Source: an uncultured archaeon (GTDB lineage Archaea; Asgardarchaeota; Thorarchaeia; Thorarchaeales; Thorarchaeaceae). From it: a stretch of 64,000 nt of DNA. This document shows positions 9,437 through 19,703 of this stretch, one piece after another. The first letter of the stretch is position 1, and the number at the start of each line of letters is the position of its first letter. The stretch spans positions 128,001 through 192,000 of the forward strand of contig CAZLEV010000002.1 in NCBI GenBank assembly GCA_964558645.1. Direction: 5' to 3'. The notes beneath the pieces are model-generated. The model saw only the letters and a list, made by a program, of their open reading frames with translations, did not search any database and was not told the origin of the DNA. The translations under genes were made by a program, and so were the position numbers.

Positions 9437-9898
9437 TTGGTGGTAGGATTGAACGACTGCCCACAGAACGGGAGAGATGACTCCATCAAAAAGCTGGAAG
9501 AGAACGAGCGGGAGCTACTTGAACTTCTTGAACGGCTTGATACCGAGTATCCCGAGATTCTGATCGTGGTCGAGGGAACTCGCGACGAGGACATCCTACG
9601 AGACTTAGGAGTCAAATCTAAGATTATCAGAACCCAGTCAGGTAGACCCCGTCCCGAATTGATACAACACATCATAGATGAGTCAAGCCCGAATCGTCCA
9701 ATTCTCATACTCACAGACTTTGATCGCGAAGGTCGCCAGATGGCAAAGCTGATCCGGAGAGAACTTGAGATACGAAAGATTCAGACTCTGCATCGTGTTC
9801 GAAGACGAATAGGAAACTTGATGTCAAATCTGCGATGTATCGAGGAATTGGTCAGTCTTCTAAAGAGACGAGACTTTCCAGGTCGTCCTTATCTATGA
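9437..9898 (+). CDS. Small Toprim-domain protein (RNase M5/primase-like)
   Basis: IVVEGTRD and LILTDFDREG Toprim motifs. Confidence 0.85.
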   Translation: MVVGLNDCPQNGRDDSIKKLEENERELLELLERLDTEYPEILIVVEGTRDEDILRDLGVKSKIIRTQSGRPRPELIQHIIDESSPNRPILILTDFDREGRQMAKLIRRELEIRKIQTLHRVRRRIGNLMSNLRCIEELVSLLKRRDFPGRPYL

Positions 9899-11711
9899 GG
9901 ATATCTGGAGGGCGTTTCCGTAACCAAGTCTCCAGCACTATGAGGGCAGGAACAGCTGTGAGGAGAAGATAGACTCCGATTCCGTCATGTATCATCGCAA
10001 GACCTCCAGTCAGTGCAAAGAATCCGATGAAGAGGAGATACATGATCACTATTACAGCCATGAGAGGGATCCACAGCACAAGAGTGAGTTTCAGTGGAGC
10101 GTCACGACGAAATAACGAGAGGGAGATGATTATGCTAATCATAATCATGATACTGGGAACGAACCAGCCGCTTATTCCGAATACCGAACGATAGATCTCA
10201 ATAAAGTCCAAGAAACTCAGGACTGCGCGACCTGAGATTGCGAAGAAGGGTGTGACTAGGCCGAGACCTAACATAGTGATGCCTACGAAGATGGGCAGCT
10301 CGTCAGCGATTTTGCGAAGCGATGGGCGCCATAACTTATTGAGGAAGAGGAAGATGAGAGTGAGAGAAGATGTCAACAGAAGAGCCGGAAACAGGAAGCT
10401 GCCACCCCAGCTTACCTCGACTTCGCTAGACCAACCAGGAGTGCGGTCTGGAGAAGTGCAGATGAAGAACCATACTGATCCGAGGTTGGTTGGGGACAGC
10501 ACAGCCTCATACCCAGTTTCAGAGGGGGCCATTTTCGTAGCAACCCAAGAGGCCCCGGGTTCGTCTGTTCTCCACACTGCATAGAGAGAGCCCTCATAAT
10601 CAGTGCTCACTTCAACACTAAGACCATAGCCTATGGGTGAGAGTGCCATTTCATGCCAGACGTCAAACTGAGGAGTATCTAAATCATCTGTGAGTTTCGC
10701 ATGTATCCACTGGCGAATCAAGACGTTGCGCTCAGGTACCAAATCATGGCCAGAGTTGGGAACGATGTTTAGCGTGACATCAGACGCAACCTCCTTGTAT
10801 GTGCTGATGAAGCTGGTGATTGGAAAGAACTCGTCGCCAGTGCCAAAAAGCATGAACACCGGACATTCGATCTGACGGGCATAACCAATCGGGTCAAACC
10901 ACCGAACAAGTCGTGCCATCATCTCGGAGTCTGCCGTATATGCTGGATTGATGACCGTATTCAGAAAAGAACCGGATGCTATACTGTTCATGAAATTTCC
11001 GCATGCATCGATGGGAACAGCAGCATCCACACGACCATCTATTGCGGACAGTATGAAAGTCTGAAGTCCGCCCATAGATGCCCCGAGTACAACAGATCGT
11101 TCATCATCAACATACTCCAATCTCTCCAGAAGGCCCACCGCTCGCGATGCCGCCCAGACAGAGTGGTAGATGTGAGCATCTTGAGGACTGGAGGTCACAT
11201 TGAAGAGAGTTCGCGGATTCAGAGGCAACGTCATCGATGACTGGCCGCATCCTGGAGCATCAATGGCCAATGCCACAAATCCATTCACCACGAATTCAAG
11301 CATCATGGGAACGAAATCGCTGGCCTGACTTCCGTAACCATGGAGAAACAAGACGGAAGGCATGGGTTCTGAGTGGTTCGTGGGCGACATGAGTATGGAA
11401 CCGATTCGCAAGGGACTTCCAGAGTAGTTCTCGCTGAAAAAGGTGAAACGCCAATCCAACATCGGAATCTGCTCCCCCTGATAAGAAACATTGCGGACTC
11501 TAGATGATATGTTCTGCAGATTATAGGGGGCATCTTCTACGGTGTCCAGGTTCCAGAACGAGATGTCATACTCCTCTACGTCGCCCGCAGGGACAAGAGC
11601 ATGAGGATAACTGAACGCGGTGGAGAAGAGAATGGCAATCAGACTGCCTATCAGTATCAGCACAGCAGTGAAGGTGATAATCCGACTCTTCTCGAGTATC
11701 ATGGGTAGCAA
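9852..11711 (-). CDS. Membrane-anchored alpha/beta hydrolase (esterase-like) with C-terminal multi-TM region
   Basis: N-terminal TM, LHGYG, GASMGG nucleophile elbow, GTGDEF, PNSGH, and about five hydrophobic segments at the C-terminus. Confidence 0.85.
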   Translation of the reverse strand: MLPMILEKSRIITFTAVLILIGSLIAILFSTAFSYPHALVPAGDVEEYDISFWNLDTVEDAPYNLQNISSRVRNVSYQGEQIPMLDWRFTFFSENYSGSPLRIGSILMSPTNHSEPMPSVLFLHGYGSQASDFVPMMLEFVVNGFVALAIDAPGCGQSSMTLPLNPRTLFNVTSSPQDAHIYHSVWAASRAVGLLERLEYVDDERSVVLGASMGGLQTFILSAIDGRVDAAVPIDACGNFMNSIASGSFLNTVINPAYTADSEMMARLVRWFDPIGYARQIECPVFMLFGTGDEFFPITSFISTYKEVASDVTLNIVPNSGHDLVPERNVLIRQWIHAKLTDDLDTPQFDVWHEMALSPIGYGLSVEVSTDYEGSLYAVWRTDEPGASWVATKMAPSETGYEAVLSPTNLGSVWFFICTSPDRTPGWSSEVEVSWGGSFLFPALLLTSSLTLIFLFLNKLWRPSLRKIADELPIFVGITMLGLGLVTPFFAISGRAVLSFLDFIEIYRSVFGISGWFVPSIMIMISIIISLSLFRRDAPLKLTLVLWIPLMAVIVIMYLLFIGFFALTGGLAMIHDGIGVYLLLTAVPALIVLETWLRKRPPDILIDKDDLESLVSLED

Positions 11712-11762
11712 GAATTCCTCACAGGTTCTTATTAAAGGTGCACAGAGGCCTCTAACAGCCCA

Positions 11763-12779
11763 TCACTGAATGGTAGAACCACAGTTGGGGCAGATGTAGC
11801 TGCCTCCGGGGATATTCTCGCCACATACCCTGCAGATTCGTTCCTTCCTGAGACGAACAGTATCTACGACGGCGCCAGTCTGAGGTACCAGAATGAACCT
11901 GTTGTCCTCAAATGATATCCTGAACTCCTTTGGGTTACCGGCCTTTTGAAGCAAGTCAGTCGGCATTGGCAGACGGTCGTTGTTATCGAGTCGAACTATA
12001 CGGGTATCATCAAGCATGTCAAGGTCGATACCCATCTGATGGAATCCTGAAATGATTCCGTCTCGAATCTCTACTGTGATGTCGGCCTTGGATGCAACCT
12101 GCTGACTGTGGGTCACGATGAAGAATGATGTCCCGAGCGTTTCATTCAGCTCCTGAAAGAGCTCCAGAATTCGTTCGGCAGTCTCAGGGTCAAGGTCTCC
12201 GGTGGGTTCATCACAAAGGACCAGCCCCTTGCCTTCGGTATCGATTAGGTTGACCAGCGCACTGGCAATGGCAACCCGTGACCGCTCGCCGCCGCTCAGA
12301 GTGGTGGCTTTGTTACGCTTCCGTTCCTCCAGACCAACCATCTTGATGAGTCGGTCAACGCGTTCGTGGCGTACCTTTCTGGGCACACCTGCAATACGAG
12401 CCGCCAGCTCTACATTCTGCCATGCATTCAGATGAGGCAGCAAGTTCGCGACCTGAAACACGAAACCGATGAAATTGCGACGTGCCTCAGTCAACGTTCT
12501 CTCACCTAGCTTGGTGATATCGGTGCGCAGATTTGCCCAGTAGACTTGACCCACGGTCGCCTTCGTAATCCCACCGATGATGTTCGTCAGGGTTGTTTTT
12601 CCAGAACCGCTCGGACCAACAACGCACATAATCTTCCCTTCGATGATCTGAAGAGACACACCGCTGAGAGCAACCACCTCTAGGTCATTGGTCTTGTAGA
12701 TCTTGTAGACATTTTCAGCGGAAACCACTACGTCATCCGGATAATTGGAGTAGATGTCGATTTCTTCTGCGGTCACCAT
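11763..12779 (-). CDS. ABC ATPase (LolD/MacB type) with C-terminal AbrB-like segment and zinc ribbon
   Basis: GPSGSGKT, LSGGE, LCDEPTGDLD, VTH and C-terminal CRVC...CPNC. GGAGTGA precedes ATG at 12779. Confidence 0.92.
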   Translation of the reverse strand: MVTAEEIDIYSNYPDDVVVSAENVYKIYKTNDLEVVALSGVSLQIIEGKIMCVVGPSGSGKTTLTNIIGGITKATVGQVYWANLRTDITKLGERTLTEARRNFIGFVFQVANLLPHLNAWQNVELAARIAGVPRKVRHERVDRLIKMVGLEERKRNKATTLSGGERSRVAIASALVNLIDTEGKGLVLCDEPTGDLDPETAERILELFQELNETLGTSFFIVTHSQQVASKADITVEIRDGIISGFHQMGIDLDMLDDTRIVRLDNNDRLPMPTDLLQKAGNPKEFRISFEDNRFILVPQTGAVVDTVRLRKERICRVCGENIPGGSYICPNCGSTIQ

Positions 12780-12885
12780 GGTGAAATCACTCCTGTTCGC
12801 AATTGACATTCTGATAAGGTTATGGAGTGGCGCATTTCGCGTTTCTGAACGGCTGTACTCAAGACTGCTCTCATTCACTCTCACC

Positions 12886-15813
12886 TCATAGGTTTCGCAG
12901 GACATACGCCGGATCCACGGAACCAGCACTTCGAGCCGGGAAGTAGCAAGCACCAAGCATCACCAGACTCTCCAGTGAGAGGATCAGGGCCATCAATGTC
13001 ACGGGAAGTGCCAGAACCTCGCCCAGAAGCGGCGAGAATGGTGATATGCCCAGTGTGAGCACGCTCATCGAGTAGCCAAAGACAAGCCCAAGGAGTATAC
13101 TGACTGTGATGGATGCAATCACGGTCCCGGCAAATTCACCGAACACCATGGAGACCACCTGTCTTCGTGTCCCGCCTAGTGCTCGAAAAATGGCATATTC
13201 CTGTTTGCGCTCCAGAACTGCAGAGCCCAGAAAGAGGGCAATTGTAGAGAGGCCCATGATGGCACAGAGGATGAAGGCAATCATGGTAAGACCCTCGATT
13301 CCCGAGAGAAAGAGCCTGATTGAATATGACTCTTCGGCCAGGTCATAGGTCTCAGCTGAGTAAGCCGTGACTCCATAGACAGAACTGATCTCGTTGACTA
13401 CTTCGGTCATATTGGCGAAACTGACAACATCAGCAAGGAACAGCTTCGCAGTCTCTATCTGAGTAACGTTCTGGAGATGGTCGAGGTTGACCAGCGCGAA
13501 CCCGCCGCGAAGCACTTGGAAGCCTGTCTGGGCTGCAAAGGTCATACCGACCTGGTCCTCGGTGGATGCAAACCCGAAGCCAGGGGCACTCTTCGCTATA
13601 CCGACTATCTGGAAATCTAGAGAGACACTTCCGCCTTTGGTTCCGAGCAACACCTTCACAGTCTCTCCCACCTTCCTGTTCCAGAGCTCGGAGTATCTCT
13701 GACTGATGATAATCCCATCTGAGGTATTAGCTAGCGCAGCTAGGACGCCGGCAGGTGAGCCACTCACGAAACTCTCGGATACGAATCCACCGATGGTATA
13801 GTACTGCTGGGGGTCTATACCCTCCAAGAAGAACGCATTGCTTCCCACAGTGGCCCAAGTCTCAAGCACGGGTGTGGTCCTGTAGATCCCAGGTACGCGA
13901 AGGATGTTCTGGGTGTAGTTGAGAGGCAGTGCGTCGCCTTCAACTCGCACATCAGCCCCGATTGCATATGCAAGTTCGTTGTCAACGGTTGCTTTGAAAC
14001 TGTTGGACTGAATCAGCATCATCGATGTTGTTGTCAATGTCAGGGTGAGAATGACTAGCATAGGAATGAACTGAGACCGTCTCTTCCTCAGGCTCTGACT
14101 CAAGTACAGGCTCTTCTCGCCGAAGAGAAAACTTGTCTCCACTGACAGGCGAGCGGTCACAAGGCGCATCCCTCTAGAACCAAGATAGGCGGCCACAAAG
14201 AGAATCAGGGTCGCGAGAATAATCTGCCCCATAGCCATGATACCGCGAGGAGAGAATATCATGGGCATCACGAGGAGTCCAGAGAGCACAGCAGCTAACC
14301 CCAGACCGTATCTCCAGCCACTAGTCGAATCAGCAGTTTCTTCGTCAGGCAGAGTGGCAGAGGGTTGACCAACCTCAGAGACGTCTATACGTCTGGCAAC
14401 ATGAAGAAGATATGCAGCCGGGAGATATAGTGCTATAGCCGCTCCAATGACTATTGCCAGGGGCGGAATAGATAGGTGTTGCATGAATGAAGAGTAGAGG
14501 GCTGTATCAAACAGGAACAGCCCAACTGTAGAACCAATGAGAGGGGCCATGGCGAAGGCCATCAGTAGTCCTATGATGAAGCCTGCAATCGAGAGAAACA
14601 ATGACTCCCACATGAAGGTAGCAAAGACTTGGTTGAAAGAAGCACCCTTTGCCCGAAGTGCACTGATCTCTCCTTTTCTTCTGGACACTGAGGTCTCCGA
14701 GGTAAACACAGTGAGCATCAGGCTCATAATCAGTACAGGGAATACTATCACGGTGAGAATCTGGCTCTGAAGATACGTGTTGATGGTGCCCGTTAAAGCC
14801 CAGATCTCAGATAGGCCGCCAATTGTCACCTTCAAGAACTGCTCTTGGACGGACTCCTGTACTGAAACCAGGTGCCCCCCAATAGATGCTGCTCCAGCCT
14901 CTAAGAGGTCTTCGACTGATGAACGGATGTATCCGACGGGCTCGTTAAAGCCCCGGTTTGCAACTTCGGACACAACATCAGGACCAACTTCGTCTTGAAG
15001 AATCATCACGGAATCAGCAAGTCCCAAGACGGCATTGCTGGACAGGGCCATGGGATCCCAATTCTTCCGGTAGACCGAGAGAATTGTCCTAGTAAGGATT
15101 GTACGTATTGGTTTGTGTTCATATATCCCCACGACTTCGAGGCCCGTGAGCGCAAGGGCACCGAGGTCTTCAGGTGTGCTGGGACTTGGAGACCCCGGTC
15201 TGTCATTCCGTGCCGCGTATCTCAGCAAGTCTAGGTCAATGGTGCTTCCTACACCTATCTGCATTCCATGACAATCTTCTGTATAGTCGACAAAACCCTG
15301 CGATACCAGAATCTTACCAGTGGTGAGAGAGAAATTCCCACTGTAGGTAAACTCCGAAACCCAAGTATCGAGCATCTCATCTGTGACGAGCATAATCCTG
15401 CCATCTTTGATACCATAGGCATAGTTTGTTCGATATCTTGAGTAGTCTGACCAGCTTGGTATTGACTCGCCTTGAAGGATTCCGACAGTCGATGGGAGAA
15501 GGTCAACACGCTCGACGTACTTGTGATTCTCAAGCCAGGCAATGGCCCCAGCCATATTTGACGAGGTGTACGACTCGCCAGATCCAGGTCTGAGATATAG
15601 CTGGTATATGTTCTCGTTGAAGTAATCGCTTACAACTAGCTGGGTTCCCGAAGAGGTCCAGACGAACACTGTTGTTGGCAGAGCAACTCCAAGAGAGAGA
15701 ACAAGTGCAATACCCATGTTGCGGAGAGGATAGTTCTTCAACGATGTGAGAGCATAAGACACAGCCCACCACGGGTTGCCCTTGAGAAGTTTTGGCTGTC
15801 TTTGGGAAGTCAT
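12886..15813 (-). CDS. Large FtsX/MacB-type ABC permease
   Basis: Two FtsX-like repeats (RRKGEISALRAKGAS, ERKQEYAIFRALGG), large extracytoplasmic loops and C-terminal FPARSAGSVDPAYVLR. Confidence 0.92.
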   Translation of the reverse strand: MTSQRQPKLLKGNPWWAVSYALTSLKNYPLRNMGIALVLSLGVALPTTVFVWTSSGTQLVVSDYFNENIYQLYLRPGSGESYTSSNMAGAIAWLENHKYVERVDLLPSTVGILQGESIPSWSDYSRYRTNYAYGIKDGRIMLVTDEMLDTWVSEFTYSGNFSLTTGKILVSQGFVDYTEDCHGMQIGVGSTIDLDLLRYAARNDRPGSPSPSTPEDLGALALTGLEVVGIYEHKPIRTILTRTILSVYRKNWDPMALSSNAVLGLADSVMILQDEVGPDVVSEVANRGFNEPVGYIRSSVEDLLEAGAASIGGHLVSVQESVQEQFLKVTIGGLSEIWALTGTINTYLQSQILTVIVFPVLIMSLMLTVFTSETSVSRRKGEISALRAKGASFNQVFATFMWESLFLSIAGFIIGLLMAFAMAPLIGSTVGLFLFDTALYSSFMQHLSIPPLAIVIGAAIALYLPAAYLLHVARRIDVSEVGQPSATLPDEETADSTSGWRYGLGLAAVLSGLLVMPMIFSPRGIMAMGQIILATLILFVAAYLGSRGMRLVTARLSVETSFLFGEKSLYLSQSLRKRRSQFIPMLVILTLTLTTTSMMLIQSNSFKATVDNELAYAIGADVRVEGDALPLNYTQNILRVPGIYRTTPVLETWATVGSNAFFLEGIDPQQYYTIGGFVSESFVSGSPAGVLAALANTSDGIIISQRYSELWNRKVGETVKVLLGTKGGSVSLDFQIVGIAKSAPGFGFASTEDQVGMTFAAQTGFQVLRGGFALVNLDHLQNVTQIETAKLFLADVVSFANMTEVVNEISSVYGVTAYSAETYDLAEESYSIRLFLSGIEGLTMIAFILCAIMGLSTIALFLGSAVLERKQEYAIFRALGGTRRQVVSMVFGEFAGTVIASITVSILLGLVFGYSMSVLTLGISPFSPLLGEVLALPVTLMALILSLESLVMLGACYFPARSAGSVDPAYVLRNL

Positions 15814-15822
15814 CTGGTAACC

Positions 15823-18711
15823 TCATAGATTTCTCAGTACGATAGCGGGGTCGGTCTTGGCAGCTTCCCTTGCAGGGAAGTAAGAACCCCCGATCATGGC
15901 CATCACTTCCAAGAGAAGCACCACAGTGAGGAGTCCGGTTGGGAAAGTTATGGCTGCAGGAAGGGCTCTAGAGAACGGACTCATGGAGAAGATCACCACG
16001 CTCATGATAAAACCGAAGATTGCACCAAGAACCAGGCTCAACGTCACAGATGCAAGAACCACGCCCGAGAATTCAGCCACCACAACGCGAATGATCTGTT
16101 TCTTTGAACTGCCCACAGCCCGCAGGATTGCATAGTCTCGCTTTCTCTCTCTGACGACAGATCCGAGGAAGAGGGTGAGCGCGAAGATGCTCAATAGAAA
16201 TGACATGGCGAACCCAATCGAGAACAGCCCCTCGACGGTGCTGAGGAAGAGAGCTGTGCCGAAGGATCTTCTCCGAAGATCGAATGAGTCTGGTGTGGTA
16301 GCGGATACCCCCGGCAGGTCACCCAGTGCTCGAAGTAGGAAGTCTTCATTCAACACGCTAACGAGATCTGCCAGAAAGAGAGTTGCGGTTGTGATCTCGG
16401 TCTGCTCAGAGAGGTATTCTATATTCACTAGAGCAAAGCCTGAATGTGGGGCCTGAAGGCCAAAGCCAGCACCGAGGCGGGACTTGGGAATGTCTGTTTC
16501 AGCTGCATAGCCTAGACCAGGTGCGGTATAGACAAAACCTGTGATTCTGAAGGTTACCTGCACTGGCCCAAGACGCCCACCCACAGCAAGCATGAGGTCA
16601 TCACCAATACTCTTGTTCCATCGGCGGGCATGGTACTCACTTAGTACAATCCCATTCTCCACCTTATCCAGTGCGGAAAGCACCTGTTCATGAGCACGAT
16701 CTCCAAAGCTAGTATCATCAAAGTGGCCTATCTGCGCGTATTCAATCGGTTCAAGCCCCGCAACAGTGATTCTCTCTTGCCCCAGCTGACCATAAGTTCT
16801 CAAGATCGGCACAGCACGCTTGACGCCAGGATACTCCTTGATAGTACCGTTAAATGAGAAGGGTTGGCCTGTACACGTGACTCTCAGGTCTGCGCCAAGT
16901 GAGTAGTCTATCTCTTGTGCTAGGTCTTGCTGAAAGCTATAAGCCTGTACTGTGAATGCGATGGTTGAGGATAAGGTCAGGGCGAGAACCACCATCAGAG
17001 GAACAATCCGCCCCTTTCTCATCTTCAAATTGCCCGCAGCAATGACATTCTTCTCGCCCAACACGAAGGATATCTTTGAAGCCAAACGTGCAAAACCAAG
17101 TCGGGAGTATCTCGATCCATTGTATGCAAGGAAGAACCAAGCTGCAGTACCCAGTCCTAGTTCAATCATGAGCATAGTAGGATTGGCCGGTAGGAACAGA
17201 ACGGCACCAAGAACCATAGCCAACAGGACAATAGAAGCTCCGATAGTGAAACCATATGCACCCGCCTCTTCGCTCACGGGTTCAGCCGTCTCAACGAGTG
17301 TTGACCCAATCTCGGTCCGAGCCGCTTTCCGCGCTGAGTTCAGGATGAAGAGCAAAGGAGGAACAAGACAGATGAGAACGGTATAGACAAGAGCCTCGGG
17401 CTTGATGACCGTGTTAGAGAAGTAGTAGACATAATCCTGTGCATTGAACGTCATGAAGCCGGTCGTTGCAGGCATCAGAGCTGCAAAGAGTACGCTGAGC
17501 ACTAGTCCCAGAATCATGCTCACGATGGCCATGACTACTGCTTCCGAGATGAATATCCCATAGATCTGTGAGGAACTGGCACCCTTTGCACGGAGAGAAC
17601 TCACTTCTGGCTTTCGTGCAGTCATGAACGTTTCAGCCGCAAACACTGAAAGAAAGAGTGCTAGGATGAAGATGGGAAGATTGAGCATGACGAGCGGCGT
17701 CGATGACATGTACGTGTCAACGAGAGATTGGAGATACAGCACCTCAGACAGACCTTGAACCGTGAGGTCGAAACGCTGATCCATCTGTGTCTTGAGGTTG
17801 ATGAGATTTTCAGAAATGCTACCCGGGCCAAGACTGACAAGTGCAGTCGATGAGGCGCGGATGAATGTCCTGGGGCCGAAGAATCCCTCCTCAGCAACAT
17901 CGTCTAACTCGATACCCTCTGAGAGAACTATGATGCTGTCACGAATGCCCAGCACCGGGCGATCATACAACAGGTAGTCATAGTTTGACCGCATCTTGGA
18001 TGGAAAAGCAGTTTCTATGAGGCCCTCGTATCCCCTGACCTCGTAGATGCCAGCTATGGTCAGGGACTCTAGACTCATTCGGCCCAAGTCGCCAATTGGT
18101 GCCTCCGAACCCGAGGGGGCCCTCATGAGCAGCTCGATACTGAAGGTGGAATTGAGAGTAAGAGTGATTCCGAAGACCTCACGAACGTACCCCACAAACT
18201 GCCAAGAAACCAGCGCCTGTCCAGAATCGAGGGAGAACTCACCCTCATAATCGAAATCGCGCCGCATCTCGTCAAGAAGAGGTCCATTAGCGAATAGGAC
18301 CTGACAGTCTTTGAGCCCATACGTATAGATCGGGTTGTCTATGCCGTATACGACGCTATCGGGTAATTGGGTTCCGTAGACGAGTCCCACCGTAGAGTTG
18401 ACACGTCGTACGCTTTCGATGAGGGGGCTATCGCGAGCAAACTGCTCAGCAAGATCCATCTCTGTCGTAGGACCAACAGGAGTTTGCATCATCATCTGAT
18501 AGGCACGGGAATCGAAATACTCAGATACACTGACTTGGACACCTGTGTCGGCCCAGATGAACATAGACCCAACGAGGGACACGCCAAGACTGAGTGTGAG
18601 AGCAAGGCTGAGAGCCCTGAAGGGGTATGCCCTCATGGAACTCAGCGCGTAAGAGAACGCATAGAGAGGGTTCCCAGTGGATGAGCCATTCCTTGCTGAC
18701 CTAGCAACCAC
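15823..18711 (-). CDS. Large FtsX/MacB-type ABC permease (paralog of the neighbour)
   Basis: RKPEVSSLRAKGAS, ERKRDYAILRAVG and FPAREAAKTDPAIVLRNL. Confidence 0.92.
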   Translation of the reverse strand: MVARSARNGSSTGNPLYAFSYALSSMRAYPFRALSLALTLSLGVSLVGSMFIWADTGVQVSVSEYFDSRAYQMMMQTPVGPTTEMDLAEQFARDSPLIESVRRVNSTVGLVYGTQLPDSVVYGIDNPIYTYGLKDCQVLFANGPLLDEMRRDFDYEGEFSLDSGQALVSWQFVGYVREVFGITLTLNSTFSIELLMRAPSGSEAPIGDLGRMSLESLTIAGIYEVRGYEGLIETAFPSKMRSNYDYLLYDRPVLGIRDSIIVLSEGIELDDVAEEGFFGPRTFIRASSTALVSLGPGSISENLINLKTQMDQRFDLTVQGLSEVLYLQSLVDTYMSSTPLVMLNLPIFILALFLSVFAAETFMTARKPEVSSLRAKGASSSQIYGIFISEAVVMAIVSMILGLVLSVLFAALMPATTGFMTFNAQDYVYYFSNTVIKPEALVYTVLICLVPPLLFILNSARKAARTEIGSTLVETAEPVSEEAGAYGFTIGASIVLLAMVLGAVLFLPANPTMLMIELGLGTAAWFFLAYNGSRYSRLGFARLASKISFVLGEKNVIAAGNLKMRKGRIVPLMVVLALTLSSTIAFTVQAYSFQQDLAQEIDYSLGADLRVTCTGQPFSFNGTIKEYPGVKRAVPILRTYGQLGQERITVAGLEPIEYAQIGHFDDTSFGDRAHEQVLSALDKVENGIVLSEYHARRWNKSIGDDLMLAVGGRLGPVQVTFRITGFVYTAPGLGYAAETDIPKSRLGAGFGLQAPHSGFALVNIEYLSEQTEITTATLFLADLVSVLNEDFLLRALGDLPGVSATTPDSFDLRRRSFGTALFLSTVEGLFSIGFAMSFLLSIFALTLFLGSVVRERKRDYAILRAVGSSKKQIIRVVVAEFSGVVLASVTLSLVLGAIFGFIMSVVIFSMSPFSRALPAAITFPTGLLTVVLLLEVMAMIGGSYFPAREAAKTDPAIVLRNL

Positions 18712-18718
18712 CAGTCAT

Positions 18719-19504
18719 TCACCTCATAGCCGTAGATTCATCCGGCCGGCCTGAGGTTCCACCCGGTGTTGACACATCGACCTTGCTCGCCTTGAAGAAG
18801 GCACTGATAAGCTCTTCAACGAGCTGGCCATCCCGCAGAAGCATGATCTTGTCTGCCATTCGGGCAACTTCAGGATCATGTGTCACGACAAGTACTGCTC
18901 TCTTCTGTTTCTTTGCCAAGTCTTTCATGAGTTTGATGATCTCTCCCCCTGTCTTGTGGTCAAGGTCCCCGGTAGGTTCATCACACAGCAAGACGGCAGG
19001 GTCATTGGCCAAGGCACGGGCCAGGGCAACTCGGGAACGCATTCCACCTGAAAGCTCGTGGGGCATGTGATGTGCCCGGTGATCCACACCCACCGCCTCT
19101 AACAGCTTCATCGCCTTCTCCTCTCGAATCTTCCGCCGTACCTCATTGAGAAGCATTGGAACCTGAACGTTCTCAGTAGCTGTGAATACAGGCAAGAGGT
19201 GCTGATCTTGGAAGAGGATTCCTATCTTATCACGGCGCATTCGTGATAGTTCATCGTCATTCAAGGGGGTGATCTCAATCTGGTCAACCAAGATAGCTCC
19301 ACTGTTCGGACGGTCTAATCCTCCAATGAGGTTGAGAAGAGTTGTCTTCCCAGAACCCGAAGCTCCAACAATGGCCACGAAGTCGCCTTTGTAGACTTTC
19401 AGGTCGGTTCCTCTCAGGACATCGATGGTCCGCGTGCCGTCCTGAAATGATCTGTGAACATCGATGCATTCGACCGCAATTGAGTCATCACTAGCCATTG
19501 CCAT
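18719..19504 (-). CDS. ABC ATPase (LolD/MacB type)
   Basis: GASGSGKT, ELSGGM, LCDEPTGDLD and VTHD. Confidence 0.93.
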   Translation of the reverse strand: MAMASDDSIAVECIDVHRSFQDGTRTIDVLRGTDLKVYKGDFVAIVGASGSGKTTLLNLIGGLDRPNSGAILVDQIEITPLNDDELSRMRRDKIGILFQDQHLLPVFTATENVQVPMLLNEVRRKIREEKAMKLLEAVGVDHRAHHMPHELSGGMRSRVALARALANDPAVLLCDEPTGDLDHKTGGEIIKLMKDLAKKQKRAVLVVTHDPEVARMADKIMLLRDGQLVEELISAFFKASKVDVSTPGGTSGRPDESTAMR

Positions 19505-19703
19505 TGTCTCCGAGAGGTTATCCATTAGGTACCGATTTTTAAGGTTGCTACAAGAGCAAGCGGTACTACTGGTGCAATGCCACATTCAAGAGATATACTT
19601 CTAGTGGATTATGCATCAATGGGGGCATAATGGTCACGCTGACTGATTCGTATCATGGCGCACTTCAAAACCTTAATCTGGAGCCCCACAGCCAGTGCGG
19701 TAC

